A stretch of 64,000 nt of DNA from Chlorokybus atmophyticus (GCA_009103225.1 RHPI01002533.1:1295842-1359841), one strand, 5' to 3'. Positions 36,182 to 49,400 are shown, numbered from the stretch's first letter. Numbers and translations: made by a program. Notes: generated by a model from the sequence alone, not told the origin.

Positions 36182-38660
36182 TCACTTGACTGCATTGGTC
36201 GGTTTGAACCACTTGGTCAAACCCTTCTTTTTCGGCAAGGGAAACATCTCCTTGATCGGAGTGAAGGTGCGTCTGTGTATCTCCACAGGACCAAACACTT
36301 TTAAGGAGGCTACGTGTGCAGCTGTGGGATAACCCTTGTGGAGACCGAACCCATAGTTAGGCCATTTCCTGTAATCAAATGACAAAAGCGATGAACACAA
36401 AGCACTGCGAGTTGCAGGTAAGTCGGATATCATGTCAGCACCTGTCGTATTCTCTCATGATGCGGTCTCGGGTCACCTTGGCAAAGATTGAAGCGGCAGC
36501 AATCGCCAGACACTTGGAATCACCCTACAACAGCGTAAGGTTGACCATCAGCTAAGTGTCATAGCAGTTGGGGACAAATGAGACTTCGCACTGCAATATG
36601 TTTGTTGACTACCTTAATGACAGCCGCTGATCTGGAAGCGCTTATGCCTGAAGGAACGCGATTGCCATCGACCAAGACGTAATCGGGTTCCTTGCCAAGG
36701 CTGTCTCTCAACTTGTGTACAGCCTCCTGCATGGCCGTCATAGTAGCCTGCAAGTGCCAACTGCATATGGCGCATGCGCGGTTGAAGTGTTTCACAAGTC
36801 AGGATCAGATATGACTTTACACACCTGCAGGATGTTAATGTCATCAATCTTCTGCGCGTCCACAATTGACACCTGCAGCAACATGCAAGACTTTTAGCAT
36901 TGGCATGGCGTTCATTCCAACAGGACAGTCCCCCTCGTGCATGGTTTGAGAGGCACGACGGCAGATGCGACGACTGTATGCATGTGCATGTGTCCTGTGC
37001 GCCACGTGCAAGCCCACAACTGTTGTTGGAACGCACTTACTGCATAGTACACGCCTGATGTCGACGCCAGAGTGTCGTGCAGCCGTTCACGGTCTGCCTC
37101 CGTCATCTTCTTGCTGTCATTGATTCCTGCATCAAGTAACCTCAAGACCTCCGGCCATGCTCACTGAGTCCAGCAGAGCATGCACAAGTCGCACGATAAC
37201 TCAAGGTGTAAGTATATGTGTGTGAGGGTGGAGTATAAGCTGACTGCGGGGGCAATCCTGTTTGGCTCACCTTCAATTGCTACAGATGGGTCCAACACGC
37301 ATGCGGCAGCCACAACTGGCCCAGCCAATGGACCACGCCCGGCTTCGTCGATGCCAGCCACATGACTATACCCCTGCGCCCACAACTCTGCCTGGCAAGA
37401 ACAAACTGTCACCATAGCCTTGTTGCTTGCGCAAGAAGCAAGCAACAACGACATTTGCTATGCAAACAAGCAAACAAGGGAGATTCTCTACATGTCGTAC
37501 TTGATGTTAGTGACATTGACAACACCCAGATCGGCTGCGCTCATGAGGAAATGCTCGCTAACCTGGTCGACTTGCCAGTGATCACCGCAACGATCGCATA
37601 GTGTCGCAATGCAAGATAACTCGCATTGCAAAGTATGAGCCATCGGTCCAGGCGTTCAGCAAACACGACAAGGTTACCAAGGATCCTTGTAAAAGCAGCT
37701 GAGCTGGGAGTTGTCATCTTCACCAACACGCAGGTGCAAAATGCATAAAGACAATTCACGCCAAGCAACCAGTCGTGAACAGCTTCGCCGTGCGTCATCA
37801 TGACATACACCAGTCGTCAAGCAGCAACAGCAAAGCCAGCTGGCCACTGACCTCCATCTCGCGTGTGGGGCCACCTGTCAGCACGCGTCTGCGCTTGACA
37901 GGGCTGCGCACTGCGTTGGTGGGCGACACTCCCTCCGTTGCACGCTCCACTGCACCAACATCTTGGCTCACACGGTCCAATGCCACGGTTGCAAGCAACG
38001 CAGTGGGTTCTTCTTTGTTTGCTCTAGCCCTTGTGCGCTTTGGCTGTGTTTTAGCAGGCGTCGGAATGGAGGAAGATGGTTCTACGCACCACAAGTGAGA
38101 CAAGCTGCTCGCCAAGCTAGCAGCTGGAATTGCAAGGATGACAAGTGCATGCAACCGCAACAGTGCCCCTTGCTGCTGAATAGCAGTAAGGGGCACGCGT
38201 GTGGGCGGCTGGCCCCTGCATGTCACCTCAAACATTGCTTGCTGAACTACTCGGAGACAGATCCGAGTAGTTCAGCAACAGTGTGAAACCGAAGAGATTG
38301 CCTCCTCGCAAACATGGCATGCAACCAAGCGGAAGTAACAATCACTTGCATTGCTTGAGGTGACAACCAAGACAAACATAAGCTTCGTGTGCTGGCACGA
38401 TCAAATCTGCGACATGAAAGCATGCACAAAACAAGCTTGCACTCTTGAGGACTGCACAAACTCAACTCACCTCCGGCTTGTTTGGCCATCACTGCTTTGG
38501 CCTTTGGCATGGGGCGAGCTGATTGCAGCTGCTTGGCGGGGCGGCCAGCGAAAAGCCCATGCACCGCGTTCAACCTTCCAGGCCCACGCCGGCATAGACG
38601 GACAGCGACTCCGCCTGCGCCAGCGACGACGCCGCCCACGCCGCCCAGCACGCCAAGCAT
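36182..38660 (-). CDS. rnhB: Bacterial-type ribonuclease HII with N-terminal (probably organelle-targeting) extension
   Basis: REME spliced to [31 protein letters not shown]; INDSKK; [14 protein letters not shown]; YVLVDGN; [23 protein letters not shown]; [14 protein letters not shown]; HRRTF. The start and N-terminal exons are less certain. Confidence 0.92.
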
Positions 38661-39373
38661 GACCCCCACGCTGACAACATGTGAGAAGATTCTGTGCTTG
38701 TGTGTGTGAGGCGGCGGCAGTGGCGGCGGCAGCGGGAGGAGCGTGCGGCTTTGAACGGAATTGGACGTCGTCCTTGAGCGGGCTAGTGGGTGACGTGTGC
38801 TCGGGCGCACTGCGTCTGTTCTCTCATACACTCGCTTCTTTGCAAGGTCTGTGTCTACTTGCTATGCCGTCATGCAGCATGACTCATGCTATGCCAGCAT
38901 GCTGGCTTGCTTGTCTCTCTTTGCATAGGCAGCTGTTCAACTTCGCCAAACACGGCTCTTTGCAATGCGCCTTGCTGTCGTTAACGTTCTCGTCAGTGTT
39001 TGCACTGCTATTGGCAGCGGCGTTGGTTGATGACTGTGCTCAACGTGGCGACGCTGCCTAGCGAAGCATGAGCGTATTAGGCGTTATAAATCTTAAACGC
39101 AGTGGTTTTTTTAGTGGCTTTGCGTCATGCATGTACGACGGGGCGCAAGGCCACACAGGAAAGCAGTCTCTGCTGTGCATTCACAGTCGCTAGCAGTTGG
39201 AGCACTGCCCTAAGCAGAGCTCAAGCTGCCCTCGATTGCTAGTTGTACGGCATGCTGCACTTGCTCATGGCCCTCAAGTCTTGCGTGCTCGTTGCTCTGT
39301 GCGAATGTGCGCTCATTCAAAGCACCCTGTCTGCTGCTGATGTTGAATTCAACTATGCAGGAAAGTTGGCGCG

Positions 39374-42116
39374 ATGACATCCTTACCCGTGTTGCTCACA
39401 AGGTGTTCCCACGTCTCAAAAGACAGCACCGCGCCACATGTGTTGTGCAACGCACCAGCTGGCCTTGGAGCAAAGCCGAGGCGTGGGCAGGCTGCCTCGC
39501 AGCTGGCGCACATCACGGGCCAGTCGTTGGCGCCATCATCACAACACCGCAGAAAATTGCACCAGCCGCAGCAAGCTGTGCCCTGCCAATCGCAAAGCAC
39601 ACGCGTGTCCGCAAGCTCTAATGGCAACATCAACGTTTCAAAAAATGCAAGCATTAACTCTGCCAAAGCTTCAGCAAGCAGCGGCGGCAGCAGCAGCAGC
39701 AGCAGCTCACAGAATGGTACGTCACAACATTGTAACATGAATGATCTTATATGTAGCAAGCGTGTACTCTCTGCCTGCACCTGAAACAGAGATGTTTCAG
39801 GTGCAGGCAGCAACAACGTTCTCGATTCGCTCATGAACTTCTTCAAGAACCCCTTTGGGTTGAAGAAGCCTTCAAAGCAGCCCGTGGATTCTGCAAACCC
39901 ACCGCCACCACCACCACTGCCGCCGAGGAAAACGGTGTTAGTTGCCGGCAGCAGCGGCAGAGTTGGAAGACACGTGGTGCAGCGGCTGCTGTCCAGCAAC
40001 TGTCGCGTGATCGCGCTCGCGCGTGACACCACCAAAGCTGCGACAGTCTTCCGCGAGATGGGCCTTGTGGAGGGACAGAACGCTGATGGCGGCGTCCTTG
40101 AGATACGTGAGGGTGACTTGCGCAAGGCAGAGTCGCTGCTCGACGCACTGCAGGGCTGCGATGCAGTTGTGTGCACGACCGGGCCGAAGTTTGACCGCAT
40201 GGGAACAGGTGGGCCATCATACGTGGACAACTTGTCCTCAGAGGTATGTTTTTCTGCTCATACTCGTGCTGTCTCTTGGCTTTACAGTGCATATCCTGCT
40301 GGTTCAAGTCATTGTCACGTACAAACTGCAGCTTGCCTGTCTGTGCACAGGAAGTAGACTTTAAGGGGGTAAAGAAACTGATCAAAGCCGCTAATGCTGT
40401 GCTGCCTGTTGATGGGCGCACACGCAAAGAGATGACATTGTTTGCCTTTGACTCGAATGCAGCAGCTCTTGGCAACCAGGTTGGCATAGCCTAGCACCAC
40501 TCCTGCGTTGTAGATGTTTGCTGTTTGCACTGCTGAGACAACCTTTCCACCCTCGTCTGTAAGCAGGCAGATACAGTGTCGCCGCTTGAGAAGACAGCTG
40601 CAGCGGATTCACCGAATGATGCACAGAACCAGGTGTTTGGCTGGCTGAAGAAGCAGTATCCTGACTTGGACAAACCTGCTTTGGCGCCCGACAATGGTGC
40701 CCCGTTGCTGGAAGCCGCCACAAGGCAGCTAGTGGACGGATGGGAGCGTTTGGACGATGTCATCATGGGCGGGCAAAGCGAAAGCTCTTTTGCAAAGGGC
40801 AATGGTTGCGCAGTCTTTTCTGGCATTGTGCGAGTTGAAGGCGGTGGCTTCTGCGGTGTAAGGTGCGTCACAGTGCTTAGTCTCACATATAACACATGCA
40901 TTCCTTGGACATGGCTAAGAACATGATTGGCCACACGGCACTTGTTTCATGAATCAATTGTTGCTGATATGCAGGACCAAGACGACAACCACCCCGCTGC
41001 AGCTGCAAGGTTATGATGGTGTGTCTCTGATGGTGCGCGGTGATGGCAAGAGATACAAGATGAACTTGAAGACAGAAGTCGAGACTCCGGAATTCACTTA
41101 CCAGGCCTCATTTGACACCGTTGAAGGACAGTGGGTTACGGTTGACATACCCTTTGACAGGTTCAGGCCCGTCAAGCGCGCCAGGTTGCAGCTCGATGCT
41201 GCTCCTCTCCCGCTCGATAGTGTCCGGCAGATCGGCCTCGTGTTGAGCCGATTCGAGTATGAAGGAGCACCCAACATTATCTTTGATGAAGGAAAGTTTT
41301 CCCTTGAGATTGCCAGCATACGCGCGTACAGAGTGCCCTGCCCGCAGTTTGTGCTGCTCAGTAGTGCAGGCGTGGAGCGAAATGCGCGCGTTGTCACCCC
41401 ACAGGATCGCGAGATGCAAATACCGATTGTCAAGTTGAACCCAGGTGGGCAAGGCGGTTGTTGTCATTGACGCCTTTCCTCTATGCCTGCCAGCAACTTC
41501 TTTGAGGCAGCACAGCAGCAACAGTCACGGTCGATGTGTACATTGAACAACATTGCTGGCATGGCAGGTGGCATTCTGACATGGAAGCTGGCTGGCGAGG
41601 TGGCGTTGAGGAATAGCAGTTTGCCGTATGCGATAGTGCGAGCGTGCGGGCTGACAGAAACTGACGCGGATGTGCCTTTCCGCATGGAAGTGGCTCAGGG
41701 CGACTGCATCACAGGCAACCTGTCCAGGCAAGAAGCCGCAATCGTGTGCGCTGAAGCTCTGGACTCGCAGGATGCCACGTTTGCCACCTTTGAGGTAAGG
41801 AGATCCATCATCAACCATACCAGATACTGTGTTTGCATGCTTATTGTTTAGTTATCCATGGTGCATATTCTGTTGCGCCACTCTTAACTTGCGTGCTCCT
41901 CTGAAGGTGCGGCGGGATGAGCTTGCACGCGGCACCAACGAAGAAAACTACAAGCAGCTGTTCAGGCGCCTGAGGCCAGACTTGAGGCCTGGCACACAGC
42001 TGTACTACTTTTCTAACCTGCTGAACCCTGCGCCACAAGCCCAGCCCCAAGCTGCACCAGCAAAGCAGGCTGAGGAGGAGAAACGGCCAGAGCCCGCAGG
42101 CGCTACTTCATCATGA
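39374..42116 (+). CDS. Atypical SDR (NAD(P)-binding Rossmann) with inserted CIA30/NDUFAF1-like domain, HCF173/At4g18810 family, probably plastid-targeted
   Basis: VLVAGSSGRVGRHVV; EVDFKGVKKLI; WERLDDVIMGGQSES; GGGFCGVR; YDGVSLMVRGDGKRYK; SRFEYEG; FVLLSSAGV; ILTWKLAGEVALRNSSLPYAIVR; QGDCITGNLSRQEAA. Ser-rich transit-like exon 1. Confidence 0.88.
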
Positions 42117-42231
42117 ACAAGGCTGCAAGCATTTTGTTGATAGAGCACGATTGGTATAGCATCATTGAAGGCGGTAAGTGTTAACATGTTTGTGTGCGTG
42201 ATGCATTCAGCCCACTTAGCTTGTATTGTAC

Positions 42232-44482
42232 TCAGTTTGATGTCGATTGCTGTTTGCTGCTAGTAGTGTACTTTCTCACACTTTGTGCTATGATGCGAGC
42301 TGCCTCTGTGACCTCAGCCTGAGTGGTTGGCTTTCCAGTAGACAACCGCAGAGTGCCGAGCGCAAACTCCACAGGTACGTTCATGGCTTTGAGTACAGAT
42401 GATACTGTCGATGTGCCTGCATGGCACGCTGAGCCCGCGCTCGCCGCCACGTCTGTCTCTATGTCATGCAGGACATCGCTTGCGCTGACACCCTCTATAG
42501 ATATGCTGCACATGTAAGCAACAATAGAACGTTGGTGCAGTCACACTCATTGCTTACTCTAACAGCTGCACAACATGCATGACATACCTGAGGGTGTTAG
42601 GCAACCGCTTCAAAGCGTCCTGAGGCCCATTGATGAGGTATCGCACGCCGTCAAGTGGTGGCGTGAGTTCTCTCACCAATGCTTCACGCATCCGCACCAT
42701 GTGCTCCATGTTCTGCTGCAGACCTCTACGTGCAATGCGCGCAGCCTTGCATGGCAGCAACATCAGCTTCTGCCATCACAGCTTGCATCCCACAAACGGT
42801 GATTAATCCTCAAAGAGAAACCACCGCTCCGAGGCCGGCGATGAGGGTGATGTTCTCTGTGCCGGCTCGCATGCCTCGCTCATGCCCTGCGCCGTGCATG
42901 AACTTGCACAGACGGTGGCTACTCTTGATGTAAAGCGCTCCGACACCCTTGGGACCATAGAACTGGCCATGTGCATGATCAGCCTCATGCCTTCCACCAC
43001 TTCTTGTGAGAGATCCAGCCAACAAAAAACACAAGGCCAACACTGACCTTGTGACCTGCGATTGTGAGCATGTCCACACCCAGCGTGCCCACGTCAACTG
43101 GGACTTTACCCACAGACTGGCTGGCATCCGTGTGAAGCGGAATGCCACGCTCCCATGCCACGGCCGCCACCTCCGCTAGCGGCTGGATACTCCCCACCTC
43201 GTTGTTGGCGTGCACTGCACCGCACACATGATTTCTCAATACCACACAAGCGTGCACGCGCACGCACACACCCCTTATCCACATGCGTTGGCGAACACAC
43301 GTCCACACGCCTGCATGCATGCCCACACTCGCAGTGAATCCGATGCTATAGCGTACTCCCACTCACTGACGGTGATCAGCATGGTGTCGTCCCGTACAGC
43401 CTCCCGCACGGCATCCACATCCACAAGTCCCTGCGAGTCCACCCCCACAACAGTCATGTCAAACCCGTGATGCCGCTCGAGGTAGCGGCAGGGCTCGAGC
43501 ACGGCCGGGTGCTCGATGGCGCTCGTGACGATGTGAACGCCCTGAACGCCGCCGCCGCGCGCCTCCCGAGCGTGCAAGGCCGTGCCGAGGATGGCCCAGT
43601 TGTTGCTCTCCGTGCCTCCCGAAGTGAAATAGATCTGCGCAAGTGTATGTGGAGATTGTTAACCCTCCCGCGCGTACGTGCATGCGTGCGAGTCTGCATG
43701 CATGCGTGTGCGCGAGCGCGCGTGTATGCGTGACACCACCCACGCATGCGCGGGATGCACATACATGTGTGTGTTGTTGTTTATTGATTGTGGTCTATCG
43801 GATGCACACCTCAGAGGGGTGGCAGCCAATCAGTGCAGCGAGTTCGGCACGTGCTGACTCCACTACAGCTTTGGCACGTTGGCCGTACGCATGCGAGCTG
43901 TGAGAGTGGCATACGCATCATCAAGCACAATGCAAATACCAAACAAACAACGCACTGAGCGCCAAGCACCAATCAGGTTGTTACGAGCGATGCGCATGCA
44001 CGCGTGGCTCGTCCTGCACGAACAGTGAACAGCGACCGAAGATAGATTCTGGATGCAAACCTTGACGGGTTGCCAAACTCTGAGTAGAGGAAGGGAAGCA
44101 TAGCATCCGCTGCCTCCTTGTCTGCACGACAACAATGTGATGTAGCATTTCAATCTCAATCCCAAGACGAGCAAGCAGCTGTGCTGCAGGGCTCGTTGTT
44201 GTTCACATCATTCGTTGTATGGCGTGGCCAGCAGCAACACACGACCACGCAGACGAAACGTGTGCACGACAGCATCAAAGTACCCATGCTTGTATCAGTC
44301 GTCTGCTACGGGTGGTTGCATGCGCACGAAGTATGTGCCAAGTGTTATGCGTGGAGCTGTAAAATCATGCATGCATGTATCACCATACCGATGGGCGTGG
44401 TAGCGTTGTAGTCCAGATATATTGGCTTCGCCTCCCCATCACTCTGCACCTCCTGCACTTCACTCCCACCAACTCCTCCCAT
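42232..44482 (-). CDS. PLP-dependent group I NifS-like enzyme (selenocysteine lyase-like / cysteine desulfurase)
   Basis: PIYLDYNATTPI, FGNPSSSHAYG, IYFTSGGTESNNWAI, IVTSAIEHPAV, MHANNEVGSIQP, HTDASQSVGK, TIAGHKFYGPKGVGALY (PLP Lys), RAGTEN, RLPNTL, SAGSACH (catalytic Cys), RLSTG. Confidence 0.92.
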
Positions 44483-44623
44483 CTCTGCCGCCGCCGCCGC
44501 CGCTGCCGCCACCGCCGCCGCTCCTGTGGCCTACTGTTGCCACGCTCCACATCACCAGCCTTGTCGCTGTGGTTGTGGTCGGCGTTGTGGTTAGGGGTGA
44601 CAGAGTAGAGCGGGGGCAGAGAG

Positions 44624-45520
44624 ATGGCTTGGCTCTACGAGAAGAGTCCCGCATGGAGGCGACTGGTGGCCGAGACGAAGGGCCGTCCGTGGGTGCTTGC
44701 GGGCTTCACCGCCGCGTGCTGCGGGGTAGCCGTGGCACTGGGAGCGGCGACTATGGCAGCCACCAACAACACGGCCAAGGAAGAAAGACTCAGACAAGAG
44801 GTGGGGAGCATGAATTGCATTAGCACCAGTAACACCATCATCATCATGATTGTAGCATCAGCAGCAGCGTCGCCATGGTCATGGTCGCCTGCCCGCGTTG
44901 TTGTCATAAGTGTGAGTCCAGCAGACAGGGTTTGGTAGTATACTTCGGTGGACACGCATGCATGTATGTCTACGTCAGAGCATATGTGCACGTCTTGCCT
45001 CCGGTGTGTCCATCTCGCTCAACACGCATGACCACAAGACCCACATGCCATCCATCCACAATACACTTGCATACTAGTTGTACTGGAAACCCAGAGAAGA
45101 ATTATTCAGACTAGCAGAAACAGAATGTCCTGTTCGTCTCTGCGTGATAGAGCTGGTTTTTCTATGCGTGGCAGCTTGAAAGGAAAGCGTCGAGCAACTC
45201 GCAGCTGTTGTCTAAAGTGAACAACGAGCGTCTGCACGAGTACCTGCAGGAGATACACCGCAAGGAGAACAACGACGACCGATACCAGGCCGCCATCAGG
45301 CGTGACACACACACATTGGATTGCAACACCACACACCCTCACCACCCTCATCACCATAGTCATCATGTTCACGTTCATGTGCAGGGGTTACACGGCAACC
45401 GGGACAAAGGACAACAGGGTGTTCAAGCCAGGGACGAGTATGCGCCCGCTGCCCGACCGGCCAAGCACACCTCCACCAGCACAACAACAACAACAACAAC
45501 AAGAGTTGAAGGCCTCGTGA
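44624..45520 (+). CDS. Small single-pass membrane protein, unknown function (3 exons)
   Basis: MAWLYEKSPAWRRLVAETKGRPWVLAGFTAACCGVAVALGAATMAATNN..; KVNNERLHEYLQEIHRKENNDDRYQAAIR spliced to GYT. Resembles my recollection of a small conserved land-plant protein (not verified). Confidence 0.7.
45300..45384 (+). other. Probable GC-AG intron (small TM protein intron 2)
   Basis: ATC AG|gcgtga...gtgcag|G GGT TAC gives YQAAIRGYT. A GT donor 2 nt downstream would give a different open frame, so this call is less certain. Confidence 0.55.
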
Positions 45521-46412
45521 CAAGGAGGGTGCGCCTAGTCTTAGTGTACAGTGATTGGAGTTGATGGGTGGAGGCTTATGGTCGGCGTTGGGGGATTGTT
45601 GTGGCTGTGGCACATTCGCTTATAGAACGACAAGGTAGGTCATGTAGAGTGTGACACACTATGTGTCCTGGATTACCATTGATTTACCGAGGTGGTTATC
45701 TGAAGTCATCCTTGCTTTCAAGGGCATCCCTGCGAACATGTACAATTGTAGTGTGTGCACTGGCTGGTTGTGTACACGCATGAGACAGGATGGTAATGTA
45801 GCTAATCCACAAACAGCTAGGCGCAACATCTGGACAGAACACGGTCATAAACCCGTTACGTTAAGTATGACCGAATTTGTACAGTGTGGCCAAACTTGCA
45901 AACCCTGCCCGACAGCATTAGCAGTCACCACATGCAGGCAGACAGGCAGGCAGGCATAACTTGCGAATGTCTCTGAACTGATGTGCATGTGTGACAGTGG
46001 AGGACTGTGCTCGCGTGCGGGCTGTCACAGCAGTACCCTGGCTGCGTTTGAATTGATGGTGCATGCGAGTCTCATGCACAAGCTGAAGCATGTGGCATTC
46101 TCCACACGACAACGCTACGACGTCCAACGCGGTGCCTTGCCATAACCACAGTGACTGTGGAGAGCTTCAACACGCTGACACCCGACACAACCACAACGCG
46201 CTTTTGTCATGCCGACACGCACGTACACCTGCATATAGATACACAACACATGAGCATTCAGCAAAAGTGCCTCCTAAAAGCTGCTGCCGACGCACAATGA
46301 CACAGACCGGAACGATTGCCTTCAGCCATTGGAAGGACGTTTGCAGCATCATACACATACGCATGTGCCTCGATCAAGCTGTGCCTCTTGGCATTAACCT
46401 CAGCGGCACACG

Positions 46413-49400
46413 CTATGATGGCAGGTAGTACTGATTGTGCTGTTGCCGGTGCTTTGCCAACAACTCACGAGAGCTCTCCTGCGCAGACAACATTCAGGGG
46501 GGTTAGCATCTTGACTGACCGAGCAGTACAGCACTGTGGAGATGCAGAAGCCCACATGGCATAGTTCTCACCGCCGACTGTTGGGAATCTACAGGCTGCA
46601 GTAATGTTGCTGCGGCGTCTGGCAACGGTGGCGTGTCTTCATGAACACCAGTATGCACATCGTCTGGTAACTCATCTTGCAACTCCTTTGGCACCGGAAC
46701 AGCAGCTTGCAGACCAGGCTGATACTGAATCAATCCACTTGATGAGATAAGACACACACACAACGTGCGCACGAGGCGATGCTCCAGACACCGTACCGGT
46801 TTCAACTCAACCGCCAAACCGGAGGCAAGCTGCTGCATGAAAGCCTGAAGACGAGCCGTGCGGCCGTCAGTAGCGAGCTGGTGCGCAGCATCCACAACCG
46901 GCAGCAGCATGCACGCGCGCTCCTGCACTTCCACGTGCGTGCTGCCCGTCAAGGGCTCGAGGTGCACACGAATCACAGAGGCAACCTCTTGCACGCTTGA
47001 AACCGAAAACTCCTCTGAAGACTGCAAACCCAGCGAAGCAAACACCTACAATGCCAACACATAGTTAAGGTTCGTGTGATATAACAAGGGTGGTTCGAGC
47101 ACAAAGCACAAACCTATTGTAATAAGCACCTTGAGCACGGCTTGGACGTACAAAGCCTGGACACTGGCTGGCAGTTGCAGTATGCTTGGCTGCAGCATGG
47201 CTTCGATGATGGCGCGGCGGTCCTCCACCAAACTCGCGTACTCGCCCGTCACGCAAGCGGCGGCCGCGAGCACGTCGGAGACGGTCTTGTTGCTGCTGTT
47301 GGGCGCAAGAAGACGCGGGTCGCTTAATAGCGGCCGCACCATCTGAAGCACCGCTGGCCTTGCTGACTGCAAGCAAGTAGTCAGTTCAATGCTGAATACA
47401 ATACATAAGTGAAGCGCTAACAACTGTACCTGCACGTTGAGTGCGATGTCCATAATCTCCTGGCCGACAGTGGCGCCGTGGCTGCTGCCGGGGATGCATG
47501 CCACCTGGCCCAGTAGCGTAATGTACCACTGCTTGTCCGACAGCATCCGGTAGTTATCTTTCCTGCACATGGCGAGTACAGATCCGACAACCTCGTCTCT
47601 GAGCGCCGCGCTGGCGCGATCCACGCACCCGAGCAGTAGCTCCACCGTGTCCCGCAGCGTGTCTCGGCTCACCATGTCGGTGATCAACGCCAGCGCCTTG
47701 AACTGGATGACCGGGTCGATGTCGGTGAGGGAGTGATGGATGGCGGTCTTGTGATCCCGCACCATGTCGACGTGAGACGGGACGAGCGTGTGCAACAAGC
47801 ACAACCCGAGGTAGCGCAGGTTCTGGTCCTTGTCCTCGACGAAGCCTTTCAACCCTTCCGCACAGAGAGCGAGCACCTCCTCGTGCCAGCTGAGGTGCTC
47901 CAGAGCCACTTGCAAGCACTCATAAAGAAGGGACTTGGCGTGCGTGTTGACAATCAACTTCAACATCGGGTCCGCCAGCTTCTTCGCCAGCCTCGGCTCC
48001 ACAGGAATCAGCGCAGCCAAGAGCTTCATGATCTATAAAGAAGAGTGGTAAACACATCTCTGGATCATGCATTTGTCGAGAGCAGATGTGTAAGTGTGAC
48101 ACTACTCTGCGACGATAAACCCACCTTGATCACAAGCCAGTTGCTTTCTGAGGTGGTTAGCATTTTGTACAACAGCGGGGCCAAAGGCAGGCAGGCGTGC
48201 GGCTGCTGGGAAGCGACTTCGACGAGCGCGTTTACCGCAGCTGTCGCCACTCTTGGATCCGTGTCTTCTAGCCGTTCGCACCACCGCGCCAACGCTGTCT
48301 ACCATTCAGCTCATCAGTCAGATAGAAACATTACTGCATACATCTCAACATCATCAACAACCTGCAATCCGTCCGGGTATTGTGCGACAAACTTGTTGAG
48401 GGTGAGCATGGCTTTCTTGCGCACATAAGCGTATGAGCTTGCTGCGCACTGGGAGACTTCTGGCATGAGGTCTGTTGCAAGGTCGTGCGTGGCGATGTTT
48501 GCAAGGCAGTCGAGCGCGAGTCCCGCGTAGTACGGGTTGGCGTGCTGCAGGTCTTTGCGGAGGAGGTTGGTGACCAGGACCATGATGTCGAGCCCTTCCT
48601 GGAAGCATTGCACCGCCGCAAGGTAACCGATGCGCTTGACGCTGTACACGGGGCTGCTCATCACCTCCATCACGTGGAAAGACGCCCACGCCATGTCGTA
48701 ACCCATCATGTGCAGGTAAGTTAGCTTCTGCAGCGCCGTCGTCTTCGTGCGCACATCGCTGCTTTTTATCTCCTTCCTGTGCAATAACATGACTCGTTAC
48801 GAAAGCACTGTTGCTCCTCCTAGAACCGTTGTCTGCAATTGTGACACGCAATCGGCTCAGCTACCGCACAGACGCGCACCCGTAAGGGCATGCATGCATG
48901 TGCGCGCATGCACGTCTGCTTGTGTGCATAAGGTACTGCTTAAAAGTGCAATTGACAGGCAAAGTCAACGACCGAGGAGTGCGCATGTACTGGTTGTATA
49001 TCATGCGATCTTGTTCTTAGGGCGTTACTCTCGGTTGAATCGACATCGACTGCTACTGCTTGATTGTTTGACACGCAGTGAACAGGTGCAGCTAGTTTTA
49101 CTCGGCACTGTCCGCATGCAACGAGATGTGGCGAAGAAGGAACGCAGGTACCATGTGCGGGCCATCCAGCTAAAGGAGCACTTAGACTCAGCATAGCAAA
49201 GAAGACTGAATGCACAGCTTACAGTGCACAGCATTGGCTCCCCAGGCAGGAGGCATGCGTATACACTCACACCTTCCATGCATGGTGAGTAACTGACTGA
49301 CTCACTTGCAGTCGTGCAGGCATTGGTTGATGTAGCGGGCGGAAGTCTCGCCGCTCTGCAGTCGCATGCCCTTGAGCATGTCCCCGAGACCCTTCTGGAA

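Noticed and set aside
48790-49290. Plus-strand ORF 48747-49196 inside AP3D intron 1
   Set aside because: No recognisable motif or clear splice structure; consistent with chance in a long intron.
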